64,000 nt of DNA from Anaerolineae bacterium (GCA_025060615.1 JANXBS010000020.1:7319-71318); one strand, 5' to 3'; positions 10,397-20,620 are shown, counted from the first letter of the stretch. Translations and numbers: made by a program. The notes: generated by a model from the letters alone, not told the origin.

Positions 10397-11452
10397 ATGA
10401 AAAGCAGAGTGCTCGCTCTCACCGTGGTAATGGCCCTGTTGTTGGCGGCGTGCGTACCCCCTACCACGCCCGTGGTGCCTGCGGCCCCGGCCGAGCAGGC
10501 TACTCCCACCCCGGCCAAGGGGTTCAAGATCGGCCTCGTCGTCAAAAACTTGGGCAATCCGTTTTTCGAAGCGGTGAACCGTGGCGCCCAAGAAGCTGCT
10601 AAAGAGCTGGGCGACGAGGTCATCTTCCAGGGGCCGGCCACTCCTACCGCCGAGGGGCAGATCGAGATCATTGACGCCCTGATCGCTCAGAAGGTGGACG
10701 CCATCGCCATCACCGCCAACGATCCAGAAGCGCTTGTCCCGGTGGGCAAAAAGGCGATGGACGCGGGTATCAAAGTCGTGACCTTCGACTCCGCCGTCGC
10801 GCCCGAGGGCCGGCAGCTCTTCGTCAACCAGGCCGACATGGAGCAGATCGGCCGCATTCAAGTGCAGATGCTCGCCGAGATGATCAACTACGAGGGTGAG
10901 ATCGCTATCCTCAGCGCCGCATCCACCATGACGAACCAGAACATCTGGATCGAGTGGATGAAGAAGGAGCTGGAGGATCCTAAATACGCCAAGATGAAGC
11001 TGGTTGCCATCGTCTACGGCGATGACCTGCGCGAGAAGAGCTACAACGAGGCGCAGGGGCTCTTCAAGTCATACCCCAACCTGAAGGGCATCATCTCGCC
11101 GACGACGGTGGGCATCGCGGCGACCGCCCGCGCGCTCCAGGATGCCGGCCTGTGCGGCAAGATCGCCCTCACCGGGCTGGGGCTGCCCAGCGAAATGGCC
11201 GAGTACATCAAGAACGGCTGCTGCAAGGAGATGGCCCTGTGGAACCCTGTAGACCTGGGTTACCTCACCGTGTATGCCACGCATGCCCTGCTCGACGGCA
11301 CGTTGACGGGCAAGGTCGGTGAGACCTTCAAAGCCGGCAGGATGGGCGAGTACACCACCCAGGACGAGGGGAATGGCGGCGTAATGGTGCTCATGGGCCC
11401 ACCCTTCCGCTTCAACGCCGAAAACATCGACGAGTGGGCCAAGGTGTATTGA
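10397..11452 (+). CDS. rhaS: Rhamnose ABC transporter substrate-binding lipoprotein
   Basis: SD AGGAGG and lipobox LLAAC. KNLGNPFF, TNQNxWI, YGDD..KSY, PTTVGI, LTGLGLP and LWNPVDLGY motifs are characteristic of RhaS-type proteins. Confidence 0.88.
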   Translation: MKSRVLALTVVMALLLAACVPPTTPVVPAAPAEQATPTPAKGFKIGLVVKNLGNPFFEAVNRGAQEAAKELGDEVIFQGPATPTAEGQIEIIDALIAQKVDAIAITANDPEALVPVGKKAMDAGIKVVTFDSAVAPEGRQLFVNQADMEQIGRIQVQMLAEMINYEGEIAILSAASTMTNQNIWIEWMKKELEDPKYAKMKLVAIVYGDDLREKSYNEAQGLFKSYPNLKGIISPTTVGIAATARALQDAGLCGKIALTGLGLPSEMAEYIKNGCCKEMALWNPVDLGYLTVYATHALLDGTLTGKVGETFKAGRMGEYTTQDEGNGGVMVLMGPPFRFNAENIDEWAKVY

Positions 11453-11466
11453 TCGGATGGAGCAAG

Positions 11467-11501
11467 GAGGTGGGGACAAGATATGCCCTTGTCCCTACCT
11501 C
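11467..11501. terminator. Probable bidirectional terminator hairpin between convergent genes
   Basis: GAGGTGGGGACAAG / CTTGTCCCTACCTC stem (one G-U), 7-nt loop, between stops at 11452 and 11513. Confidence 0.6.
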
Positions 11502-11512
11502 TACGCTTGCCC

Positions 11513-12931
11513 CTACTGAGGCCACGACCAGGGTAAGGTGTTCTGGTATACCCAAGCAATAGTGTGCAATGCCTGCGCGGCGATGAGCATCACCCCTGCT
11601 TGTAGCAACGCCTCTCGATCGGACAAAACGGCCGCCAGACGGTCGGCCAGCAGTAGCGTCAGGGGAATCGCCGCAGGGGCGAAGAGATCCCAATCCCGCT
11701 GGCCGCCGTAGTCGGGGTTCCACGTCCAGATGAAGAGCAGGTAGGCGCCGCTCGCCAGGCATAGCAGGTGTGTCCACGTCGTGCCATGGCGCATCTGCGG
11801 CCAAGCTAGGAGCGCTAAGCATACTAACGCCGGCAACACTACCGGCGCGATCAGCAGTTGCTCGTTCACGATGTCGAGTAGGTGTCCCCACGAGAACATT
11901 GTGTAATGTTCCCACCGAGTTGTAGTCTTAAACAGTGGCACTAGCCAGCGGCCATCGCCGCCGCCAGGCCGATCCTCGCCGACCAGATAGGCCAGGCCAT
12001 GTCCCCCGCTTTCCATCAGGGTGATCACTCCGCCCGACACGACGATCATGGGCAACGCGATCTGCCAGGCAGCAACCAGGCCTCCACTTGTCCCCGCTCT
12101 GCGACGAGCCCAGGCCCAGCCCAGGTATACCAGCGACGGAGCCAGCAATAATGTCGAAGGATGCAGCGCATGGGTGATCGCCAGTGCTGTCGCTGGCCAG
12201 ACGGGCATGAGCCGTCCCTGCAGGCAACGCCAGGCCAGCCACAGGTAGACCATCATCCCCAAAGACATCAACGTGTAGTTCTCCACGTAACCGAAGAAGA
12301 GCTGGATAGTCCCCAGCGTGATAACCAGGCCAAAAGTGAGCGGAGGCAAAGAGCGCTTTGCTCCTGACGGCTCATCCCTGCCCGTAGCGGGTAGCGTGGA
12401 CAGCTCTGCCGAGAGCCGGGCCAGCACATGGACAAAAACCCCACCTGCCAGCGTGCTGGTCAGCGCATATGCGGGCATGGCATCGGCCCAGCCCCATAGC
12501 CGATGGCCGAGCGCCCATAGCTGCGCATGCAGATAGACAGTGAGCGGGGCCTGCCAGTTGTAGGTGAGGCGAACCTCTGGGTGGGCAATGGCCTGGCTGA
12601 GGATGTAGGCGTCGCCCCAGCGGGTATGAGCCAGGCGGAATAGCCAGAAGGGAATTAGGCTAACGAGGCCGAGCAGCCATGGGAGATGAGGAACAGGTGG
12701 GCGGTTGGAGAGGCGATCCAGCCATGTGGCGATGCGTTGTGTCATCGGCGGCCAACAGATGAAGGCAGCCAGCCCGGCCAACGTCCAGCGCATGGGCATC
12801 GGCAGATACGTCGCCGGCCACACCCCCCAGGCGTATGACTCGTCCAGAAAGTGGACCAGCCCGTGCAAGAGGATGATAGCCAACGCAAGGACCCGCAAAC
12901 TGGCGAGGATCCAAGGCGATCGGACAAGCAT
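11513..12931 (-). CDS. Multi-pass membrane protein, probable GT-C fold transferase
   Basis: About 10 hydrophobic segments; WGDAY in the first loop, FFGYVENY, WNPDYGGQRDWDLF. Start moved to ATG 12931 because ATG 12940 directly abuts the TACAAT -10 element. Confidence 0.6.
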   Translation of the reverse strand: MLVRSPWILASLRVLALAIILLHGLVHFLDESYAWGVWPATYLPMPMRWTLAGLAAFICWPPMTQRIATWLDRLSNRPPVPHLPWLLGLVSLIPFWLFRLAHTRWGDAYILSQAIAHPEVRLTYNWQAPLTVYLHAQLWALGHRLWGWADAMPAYALTSTLAGGVFVHVLARLSAELSTLPATGRDEPSGAKRSLPPLTFGLVITLGTIQLFFGYVENYTLMSLGMMVYLWLAWRCLQGRLMPVWPATALAITHALHPSTLLLAPSLVYLGWAWARRRAGTSGGLVAAWQIALPMIVVSGGVITLMESGGHGLAYLVGEDRPGGGDGRWLVPLFKTTTRWEHYTMFSWGHLLDIVNEQLLIAPVVLPALVCLALLAWPQMRHGTTWTHLLCLASGAYLLFIWTWNPDYGGQRDWDLFAPAAIPLTLLLADRLAAVLSDREALLQAGVMLIAAQALHTIAWVYQNTLPWSWPQ

Positions 12932-12940
12932 GATAGGCAT

Positions 12941-12968
12941 ATTGTAACGCGAAGGGAGAGCTCATCAA
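12941..12968 (-). promoter_or_regulatory. Sigma70-type promoter (TTGATG-16-TACAAT)
   Basis: Read directly on the minus strand. Predicted +1 is about 12934, 3 nt before ATG 12931, with no SD. Confidence 0.5.
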
Positions 12969-13168
12969 AATAGAGGCGCATGACCACAACTGTAGCCTTC
13001 AAGTTCACCTAGCCTAAGCCGGCAGCCCTGACTCTGCTGTGCTACGAGGTCACCAACGCCTGTCACCGGCACACGATGCATGCCCGACGCCTTGCACATA
13101 GGAGTTGGCGGCAAATCAACCATGAAGACTTCGTTCTGCTCGAACAGCTCGCCCATAGAACAAAGAGT

Positions 13169-13197
13169 TTGTCACACGGTGTGCCGGATGCTATAAT
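13169..13197 (+). promoter_or_regulatory. Near-consensus sigma70 promoter (TTGTCA-17-TATAAT, with extended TG)
   Basis: TTGTCA 13169-74, TG 13189-90, TATAAT 13192-97; SD GGAGG 13225-29 before GTG 13235. Confidence 0.7.
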
Positions 13198-13234
13198 CGC
13201 CCCTGACTGACTCGAGACCCTGCGGGAGGCATGT

Positions 13235-16200
13235 GTGGCACGCGCCAACAGGTGGCTTGTCGCGTTCACCGGCCGCTACGAGTTGTTGCTGTTGATCGGC
13301 ATCCTCTTGGCGGCGCTGGCTCTACGGTTATACGATGTCAACTGGGACGAAGGACATCATACCCACCCTGACGAACGTTGGATCACGATCGTCGCCACGA
13401 CGATCCGCTGGCCTCAGGATCTCTCCAGCGCGTTTGATCCTCACGCCACCACCTGGAATCCCCTGTTCAACTACGAGGAAAGCCAAGCAACCGGCGAATA
13501 CCGGATGCGTCACTTCGCTTACGGCCATCTTCCCCTCTATCTGCTGACAACCACCGCCTGGATCTTACACAATCTCGCTCCTCTAGCCGAGAAGTTAAGT
13601 GCGCCAACCGACCTGGTGCGCTGGCTGGCGATGGCCAACACCTACGATGGCTTTCCTCAGGTAGGGCGTCCCCTCTCCGCCCTGCTGGACACCGGCACGG
13701 TCCTGCTGGTCTACGCGATCGGGAGGCGCATCTACGGGATTCGGGTCGGGCTCCTGGCCTCAGCACTCTCCGCGCTGACGGTGATACAGATTCAGCTGGC
13801 TCATTTTTACGCGTTCGATCCCGTGGCAACTTTCTTCATCATGTTGGCCTTGTTTAGCGCAGTGCGCCTGGCCCAGGGCGGAGGGTGGGGCTCGGCCATG
13901 CTGGCCGGGATCGCGGCTGGCTGCGCCGTCTCCTCCAAGTTTAGCGCCATGCCCATCCTGGCCGCGCTGGGGGTCGGCGCGCTGGTGCCGGCGTGGCGGG
14001 TGCTGCGACGGCACAATGTAAGCGACGCGCCAGCGATGGTCCAGCTGGGGATCACCGATGGGCTGGTGGCCACGGAGAGCCTGCGGGCTATGGGCTCTCC
14101 CGAGGCAGCCGGCTATCTCTCCCGTGGATTACTGTTGGCATTGTCGGCGTTTATCTGGGCCTTCATCGCTTTTGCCGTCACCTCACCCTTCGCGGTGCTG
14201 GACTGGGACGCATATCGTACGGCGGTGATCGAAGAGCAAGGGGCGATGGTGCGCGGCGAGGCCGATTTCCCGTATACGCGCCAGTACCGCGGCACGACGC
14301 CGTTCCTGTATCAGATCGAGCAGCAGGTGCGTTGGGGAATGGGCTGGCCGTTGGGGATGATGGCTTTCCTAGGACTGGGCTGGGCGCTGGCGCGGGCAGT
14401 GGTCGGCAGGGCGAAACCAGAAGAATCAGTCGTTTTGGCCTGGGTGGTCCCATACTTTGGACTGACAGGCCTTTTTATGGTCAAGTTTATGCGTTATATG
14501 CTGCCGCTGGTGCCCTTGTTCACATTGATGGGCACGGCGATGATGCACGCGTGGTGGGAGGCAAGTCGGCGAGTCGGTGAAGATGCCCTTGGCCCTTCGT
14601 ACGTCGTCCATCGTCTATCGTCTACCCTCTTACGTTTGGGCCGATTCTCACCCTGGATCGTAGCCGTGGTGTTGATCGGCACGGCGGTTTGGGCGCTGGC
14701 GTTCGTGAACGGGGTATACGGCGGAACGCACCCTTGGATTCAGGCCTCGCGTTGGTTCTACGAGCACGCGCCAGACGGTTCGGTGATCCTATGGGAGTAT
14801 TGGGATGATCCGCTACCCCTTTCTTTGCCAGAACCTAATGCGAATATGGCAGCGCACGGGTTTCAGCATATCGCCTGGGGGCCGTTCGAAGAGGACACGC
14901 CACAGAAGTTTGAGCTGATGAAGTCGGTGCTGCGTCAAGCCGACTTCATCGCGATCGCCTCGAATCGGATTTACCGGGCTGTGCCGCGCCTGCCGCAGCG
15001 GTACCCGATGACCATTCGCTACTATCAGCTCCTGTTCGAGGGCAAATTGGGCTTTGAGAAAGCGGCTGAATTCACGTCATACCCACGGCTGGGGCCGCTG
15101 GTGTTCGTGGATGATGATGCCGACGAGAGCTTTACCCTGTACGATCACCCCAAGCCGATCATTTTCCGCAAAGTGCGCGATCTGAGCGATGCCGAATGGG
15201 ATGCGCTGTTGGGTGGCTCGTGGCAGGAGGCCATCCCATATTATACCGGCTCACGGCGAGACCGAGAGCGAGCGCTGACATCGGCCGAGGGCAGCCGGCG
15301 CAAAAGCCTGCTGCTCGGTCGCCCGGTGGACGAGTTGCCTGTCGTGAACGACTTCCGCTGGAATCGAGTGGCCAGCCGCTGGCATGGTCTGGCGGTGATC
15401 GTATGGTGGATGACGCTGGCGTTGATCGGGCTGCTGGCTTGGCCGCTGACGTTCACCGTGTTCGCCAATTTGCGGGACCGCGGTTACGCCTTCTCGCGCG
15501 GGTTGGGATGGTTGGTGATAGGGTGGATCGTGTGGATCCTGGCCAGCCTGCGCCTTCTGCCCAACACGCTGCCCACACTGTTGTTGGCCCTGACGTTGCT
15601 AGCTGTGCTCTCCCTAGCGCTGTGGCAACGACGACGAGCGGAGATGGCGAGCTTCTGGCGGGCGCAATGGCCGTTAATCTTGGCGCACGAGGCGATCTTC
15701 AGCCTTGCCTTCCTGGCCTTCGTCTTCATCCGTCTGCTCAACCCGGATCTATGGCAGCCGTGGAACGGCGGCGAGAAGTTCATGGAGTTCGCCTTCCTCA
15801 ACGCGATCTTGCGTAGCGCTTACTTTCCGCCCTACGATCCGTACTACGCCGGCGGGTACATCAACTACTACTACTATGGCCAATACCTGGTGGCGCTGCT
15901 GATCAAGCTGACGGGCATCATCCCGTCGGTGGCCTTCAATTTGGCGATCCCCACGTTCTTCGCGCTGACCGTATCCGGCGCGTTTGGATTGGTGTACAAC
16001 CTGACCCCAACGGGCGGTATCCGCCGCGCCCGTTTCTGGGCGAAAGGCCTTGGTTGGGGACTGATCGGCAGCGCGCTGGTGACGTTGATCGGCAACTTGG
16101 ACGGCATGGGCCAGGTGTTGCGTAATCTGGGCCAGGTGGGCGGTAGCTCGTTTGAGAGCGCCATCCCCGGGCTGCAGACCCTCGTGCGGGCGGCTTGGGG

Positions 16201-17953
16201 CGTACAGGCAGTGCTCTTCAAAGGCGCTCATCTGCCCGAGTTCAACTACTGGGACCCCAGCCGAGTGATCCCGTTTACCATCAACGAGTTCCCGCTCTGG
16301 AGCTTCCTGTTCGCTGATCTACATCCGCACATGATCGGCATCCCTTTCACGATCCTGTTCCTAGGGCTGGCGTATAACCTGGTGGCCAGTTACGGTCGCC
16401 CATGGTTGGCTGAAGGCCGATGGGAGGGAACCTTGGCCTTTCTGGCCCTCCCGCTGACGCTGGGGGCATTGGGCGTCATCAACACTTGGGATCTGCCGAC
16501 GTATCTAGGCATGGGATTGCTGGCGTTCCTGCTCCGCGAATGGCGAGGATATGCGCTGCGACAGCCGGAGCCAGCCTTGCTCGGACACGTACGCTTGCGC
16601 CTGTTCTTGCCATACGCGGCAGCGTTGACTGGCTTGGCGCTAGGATTGTATCTGCCGTTCTACCGTTCCTACGCGGCGGTAGGATCCAGCGGCGTAGGCA
16701 TTGTGCGCCATCCCACCACGCTGGTTGGCCAGTGGCTGATGATGTGGGGATTCCTCGCCTTCCTCACAGTCTCCTTCGTCTTCAGCGAACTACGCCAGCC
16801 GTTGCCGCGTGGGCCGATGGGCAAAGTACGCCCCTCCGGGCTGGTGCGATGGGCACGCCTGTGGCTGGCATGGTGGGATCGGCCGGCTAGGCTGTTGGAA
16901 CTGCATGCCCTGCTGGTGCGAGCGCCCACCGCGGGATATGTATTGGCGCGCTGGGGACTCGGCCTGGGAATGCTGGTCGGGATCGCGGCTCTGCTGCTGA
17001 ACTATCGCGTCGTAGCGCTGCTGTGGCTGCCGTTGCTGGCGGCGACGCTTCTGCTCTTTCGAGACACAGTATCACCGGAAGATTTGTTCACCGGGGCGTT
17101 GATCTTCACTGGGCTGCTCATACTGGCAGGGGTAGAAGTCTTCTTCCTCAAAGATTTCCTGTGCGGTTGTCCTCCGGGCAGTGATACGGTCGGTGACTAC
17201 TATCGCATGAACACGCTGTTCAAGTTTTACATCCAGGCATGGGTGTTGTTGGGAATAGGAGGCGCAGCCGCGCTAGCTCGCCTGTGGCCGCGGGTGACAG
17301 ATCGCTGGCCATCCCACTGGCGGATTGCTTGGTCTGGAGCGTTCACGATCCTGCTGGCTTCTAGCCTGGTCTTCCCGCTCTTGGGCATCCCGGCACGAGT
17401 AGATGATCGGTTCCCGGGTGCGCGGCCGCCGCGCAATACGCTGGACGGCATGGCCTATATGACCGTAGGAGTATACACATGGCCAGATAGCAACAACCCG
17501 ATCGAGCTGCGATACGACTACGAGGCAATCCAATGGATGCTTGACCACATCCAGGGCACGCCTGTGGTGGCGGAGGCGCCGGCTTCTTGGTATCTAGTGA
17601 ATGGGCAGAATGTGGGGTATGACTACTATCGGGCAGGTGGGTTGCGCGTCGCCTCGTTGACAGGGTTCCCGGGACTGTTAGGACAACATCAGGGCGAGCA
17701 GCGCTATGGCGATCAGGTCGGCCCACGTGAGCGCGATGGGGTGGAGTTCTTCCAGACAACTGACCTTGCCCGTGCGCAGGCATTGATGGATCAGTTACGG
17801 ATTTCATATATCTATGTTGGTAAGTTGGAGCGCACCCTCTTCCCGCCTGAAAGCCTGGCCAAGTTCGATCAGATGACGGCGGAGGGCCGGTTAGAAGTGG
17901 TTTTTCAAAATGAACAGGTGAAGCTGTATCGGGTGATTCGCTCGAGTGGCTGA
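13235..17953 (+). CDS. Fusion of a PMT/ArnT-like GT-C domain and a DUF2298 (Chlor_Arch_YYY) membrane domain
   Basis: N half: HPDERW, IQLAHFYAFD, SSKFS, VKFMRY. C half: GGEKFMEFAFLNAI...GYINYYYYG, TINEFPLWSFLFADLHPH, YRMNTLFKFY. Confidence 0.8.
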   Translation: MARANRWLVAFTGRYELLLLIGILLAALALRLYDVNWDEGHHTHPDERWITIVATTIRWPQDLSSAFDPHATTWNPLFNYEESQATGEYRMRHFAYGHLPLYLLTTTAWILHNLAPLAEKLSAPTDLVRWLAMANTYDGFPQVGRPLSALLDTGTVLLVYAIGRRIYGIRVGLLASALSALTVIQIQLAHFYAFDPVATFFIMLALFSAVRLAQGGGWGSAMLAGIAAGCAVSSKFSAMPILAALGVGALVPAWRVLRRHNVSDAPAMVQLGITDGLVATESLRAMGSPEAAGYLSRGLLLALSAFIWAFIAFAVTSPFAVLDWDAYRTAVIEEQGAMVRGEADFPYTRQYRGTTPFLYQIEQQVRWGMGWPLGMMAFLGLGWALARAVVGRAKPEESVVLAWVVPYFGLTGLFMVKFMRYMLPLVPLFTLMGTAMMHAWWEASRRVGEDALGPSYVVHRLSSTLLRLGRFSPWIVAVVLIGTAVWALAFVNGVYGGTHPWIQASRWFYEHAPDGSVILWEYWDDPLPLSLPEPNANMAAHGFQHIAWGPFEEDTPQKFELMKSVLRQADFIAIASNRIYRAVPRLPQRYPMTIRYYQLLFEGKLGFEKAAEFTSYPRLGPLVFVDDDADESFTLYDHPKPIIFRKVRDLSDAEWDALLGGSWQEAIPYYTGSRRDRERALTSAEGSRRKSLLLGRPVDELPVVNDFRWNRVASRWHGLAVIVWWMTLALIGLLAWPLTFTVFANLRDRGYAFSRGLGWLVIGWIVWILASLRLLPNTLPTLLLALTLLAVLSLALWQRRRAEMASFWRAQWPLILAHEAIFSLAFLAFVFIRLLNPDLWQPWNGGEKFMEFAFLNAILRSAYFPPYDPYYAGGYINYYYYGQYLVALLIKLTGIIPSVAFNLAIPTFFALTVSGAFGLVYNLTPTGGIRRARFWAKGLGWGLIGSALVTLIGNLDGMGQVLRNLGQVGGSSFESAIPGLQTLVRAAWGVQAVLFKGAHLPEFNYWDPSRVIPFTINEFPLWSFLFADLHPHMIGIPFTILFLGLAYNLVASYGRPWLAEGRWEGTLAFLALPLTLGALGVINTWDLPTYLGMGLLAFLLREWRGYALRQPEPALLGHVRLRLFLPYAAALTGLALGLYLPFYRSYAAVGSSGVGIVRHPTTLVGQWLMMWGFLAFLTVSFVFSELRQPLPRGPMGKVRPSGLVRWARLWLAWWDRPARLLELHALLVRAPTAGYVLARWGLGLGMLVGIAALLLNYRVVALLWLPLLAATLLLFRDTVSPEDLFTGALIFTGLLILAGVEVFFLKDFLCGCPPGSDTVGDYYRMNTLFKFYIQAWVLLGIGGAAALARLWPRVTDRWPSHWRIAWSGAFTILLASSLVFPLLGIPARVDDRFPGARPPRNTLDGMAYMTVGVYTWPDSNNPIELRYDYEAIQWMLDHIQGTPVVAEAPASWYLVNGQNVGYDYYRAGGLRVASLTGFPGLLGQHQGEQRYGDQVGPRERDGVEFFQTTDLARAQALMDQLRISYIYVGKLERTLFPPESLAKFDQMTAEGRLEVVFQNEQVKLYRVIRSSG
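14561..14623 (+). repeat. Degenerate octamer and heptamer tandem repeats inside a CDS
   Basis: GCAAGTCG GCGAGTCG (14561-76); TTCGTAC GTCGTCC ATCGTCT ATCGTCT (14596-14623). Confidence 0.55.
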
Positions 17954-18028
17954 GGAAAACCAATAATACGTGGATGTCCTTGGGGTGTTGCTCTCAGATA
18001 TCCATCTATCCATCCTGGACAGGCGAAG

Positions 18029-20620
18029 ATGGGAGAGCTGTTGCGCTGGTGGATAGCCATCGAGGTGATCGGGCTGGTGGCCTGGCCGCTGGGCTGGCGG
18101 CTGTGTGGCAACCTAGCCGACCGCGGATACGGCTTGAGCAAGGCGCTGGGATTATTGCTGGTCAGCTATGTGCTATGGGTGACGTCAAGCTTCGGCTTCT
18201 TGGGCAACGACCTGGGCAGCATTCTGGCGAGTCTGCTGGCTGTGGCTGCGTGCTCGGCATGGGCGCTGCGCCGTGGCGACAGCAGCTGGGCTGCGCTACG
18301 AGACTGGATGCGCCAATACCGACGGCTGATCTTTTTCAATGAGGGGCTATTCCTGATCGCTTTCGTGGCCTGGGCTATCTTTCGCGCCTACGATCCGGCT
18401 ATCGCCGGCACCGAGAAGCCCATGGAGTTCGCCTTCCTAAACGGCATCCTGCGCAGCGACCGCTTCCCGCCGCTGGATCCATGGTTGGCAGGTTATGCCA
18501 TCAGCTACTACTACTTCGGCTATGTGATGCTGGCCGTGCTTGTGCGGCTGTCGGGCGTAGCATCGGCGGTGGGGTTTAACCTGGGCGTGGCGAGCTGGTT
18601 CGCGCTAACGGCCTTGGGCGCTTTCAGCGTAAGCTATAACCTGATCCATGGCATCCGACGGGAAGGGGAGCGCAAGCCGCGCTCGATCCGGGGGCTGGCC
18701 TTCGCGCTCTTGGGGCCATTGTTCGTGGCCGTATTGGGCAACTTAGAGGGGGTCTTCGAGGTCTTGCATGCGCGAGGGCTGGCCCCTGAGGCGTTGTTGC
18801 GCTGGCTAGATGTGAAGGACCTAGGAACGACTCCTCCCAGCGGCCAGTGGATTCCAACGGATAATTGGTGGTGGTGGCGGGCCTCTCGCGTTATTCAGGA
18901 TCGCGATCTGTTAGGGCGCAGCATCGGCGTGCAGCCCATTGACGAATTTCCCTTCTTCAGCTTCCTGCTGGGAGATATGCATCCTCACGTGCTGGCGCTA
19001 CCATTCGTACTGCTGGCGATTGGACTGGGGTTAAACCTGGTCTTGCACGCTCGTCAAGGGGTGATGGCTGGCAGTCAACCACCAACCCTTAGCGATCCGC
19101 CGTCCGCTGTCAGCGGTCGGTATTTCACGTCGCATGTTTCGCAGCTTGCAGATGATGTGTTGCACACTGCGTGGAACGTGGTAGATGGCTGGCCGATGAG
19201 GGTCCCCGGCTTCGCGCTGTACGCGCTGGCGCTTGGCGGGCTGGGCTTTCTCAACACGTGGGATTTCCCGATCTACCTGTTCTTAGTGACGGCGGCATTT
19301 GCCGTGCGGGAGATGGACAATGGACAGTGGGCGCCATGGATCGTCCGCCCTTTGCCCACCACCATCCTAGCAGGGGGGCTGTTGGGGGTGTTGGGCTTCC
19401 TGCTCTACCTACCGTTTTACCTGGGCTTTTCCTCTCAGGCAAGCGGGGTCTTGCCCAACCTCATCTTCCCCACCCGGCTGAACCAGTTCGGATTGATGTT
19501 CGGCACGTTCCTGGTGGTTCTATGCCTTTGGTTTACGATGTTCAGCGCAGAGATGGGCTGGCAACCGGTATTGCGGCGGTCACTGCGATGGCTGCCGTGG
19601 ACGCTAGCCGCTCCGATCGCGGTGATGGGGATGGCGGCTCTGCTGCTACCGATAACGCCGGCCGGACAGGCATTCCTGCGCGGTGTGTTCAGCCTACCCG
19701 AGGTCCAGGAGCAGGTGGGCGGGGCGAGCGTGGCCGAGATCCTCGCCCTCGTCGCTGGAGCGCGATTGCGCACGCCTGGCACTTCGTTACTGCTAGCGAT
19801 CGGCCTGGCGTGGGCATTGGGATTGATCGAAGGGCTAAGGATAAAAGTCGAAGGATGGAGGGCCAGGCTGAATGGCTACGTTTTGCTGATGGCCGGCACA
19901 GCGCTGTTGTTGACCTTCGCTGTGGAATGGGTGTATCTTAAGGATACCTTCGGCGTACGGATGAACACGGTTTTTAAGTTTTATTACCAGGCGTGGGTGT
20001 TGATGGCATTGGCGTCAGCCTACGCGGTGGCGCACATCGGACAATGGACTACGGAAGATGGACTATGGAAGGTGATCCGTCGTCTGTGGTTCGTTGTCAT
20101 CGCTGCGCTGGTAGGCGCCGGACTGGTCTACACCGTGGCCGCGGGGTACAGCAAGGCCAACGGCTTCCGGGGCGAGGCGACGTTGGATGGTCTGGCCTAC
20201 TTGCGACGCTTTCAGCCGGACGATGCGGCGGCCATAGCATGGCTGCAGGCAAATGTACAGGGCGCGCCAGTAGTGTTGGAGGCGCCAGGCGGATCGTATA
20301 GTCAATTTAACCGCATCTCGATGGCGACCGGGCTGCCGACGCTTCTGGGATGGGATGGCCATGAGCTCCAGTGGCGAGGCGATCGGTATGGGGAAGTGAC
20401 AGCTGGCCGGCCGGAGGCGATTGACCGCATCTACCGATCCGCGAAGGGGGAGGAACTGTTGGAGCTTATGCGGCGGTGGGATATCGAGTATCTGTACGTC
20501 GGCAGCCTGGAGCGAGAGAAATATCGCCTGACACCTGCGGCCTTGAGCCGGTTCGAGCAGGCGTTGTGGAAGGTATATGAGAACGAGACGGTGCGCATCT
20601 ACCGACGGCCGGGACCATAA
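18029..20620 (+). CDS. DUF2298 / Chlor_Arch_YYY membrane protein (GT-C-like)
   Basis: GTEKPMEFAFLNGILRS, ISYYYFG, IDEFPFFSFLLGDMHPH, RMNTVFKFYYQ; paralogous to the C half of 13235..17953. Confidence 0.85.
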   Translation: MGELLRWWIAIEVIGLVAWPLGWRLCGNLADRGYGLSKALGLLLVSYVLWVTSSFGFLGNDLGSILASLLAVAACSAWALRRGDSSWAALRDWMRQYRRLIFFNEGLFLIAFVAWAIFRAYDPAIAGTEKPMEFAFLNGILRSDRFPPLDPWLAGYAISYYYFGYVMLAVLVRLSGVASAVGFNLGVASWFALTALGAFSVSYNLIHGIRREGERKPRSIRGLAFALLGPLFVAVLGNLEGVFEVLHARGLAPEALLRWLDVKDLGTTPPSGQWIPTDNWWWWRASRVIQDRDLLGRSIGVQPIDEFPFFSFLLGDMHPHVLALPFVLLAIGLGLNLVLHARQGVMAGSQPPTLSDPPSAVSGRYFTSHVSQLADDVLHTAWNVVDGWPMRVPGFALYALALGGLGFLNTWDFPIYLFLVTAAFAVREMDNGQWAPWIVRPLPTTILAGGLLGVLGFLLYLPFYLGFSSQASGVLPNLIFPTRLNQFGLMFGTFLVVLCLWFTMFSAEMGWQPVLRRSLRWLPWTLAAPIAVMGMAALLLPITPAGQAFLRGVFSLPEVQEQVGGASVAEILALVAGARLRTPGTSLLLAIGLAWALGLIEGLRIKVEGWRARLNGYVLLMAGTALLLTFAVEWVYLKDTFGVRMNTVFKFYYQAWVLMALASAYAVAHIGQWTTEDGLWKVIRRLWFVVIAALVGAGLVYTVAAGYSKANGFRGEATLDGLAYLRRFQPDDAAAIAWLQANVQGAPVVLEAPGGSYSQFNRISMATGLPTLLGWDGHELQWRGDRYGEVTAGRPEAIDRIYRSAKGEELLELMRRWDIEYLYVGSLEREKYRLTPAALSRFEQALWKVYENETVRIYRRPGP
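20041..20103 (+). repeat. Heptamer array followed by a complementary-type heptamer array, inside a CDS
   Basis: ACAATGG ACTACGG AAGATGG ACTATGG AAGGTGA, then TCCGTCG TCTGTGG TTCGTTG TCATCGC. Confidence 0.55.

Noticed and set aside
12965-13156. 63-aa minus-strand ORF between the divergent promoters
   Set aside because: No SD, no recognisable homology, and it overlaps promoter elements.
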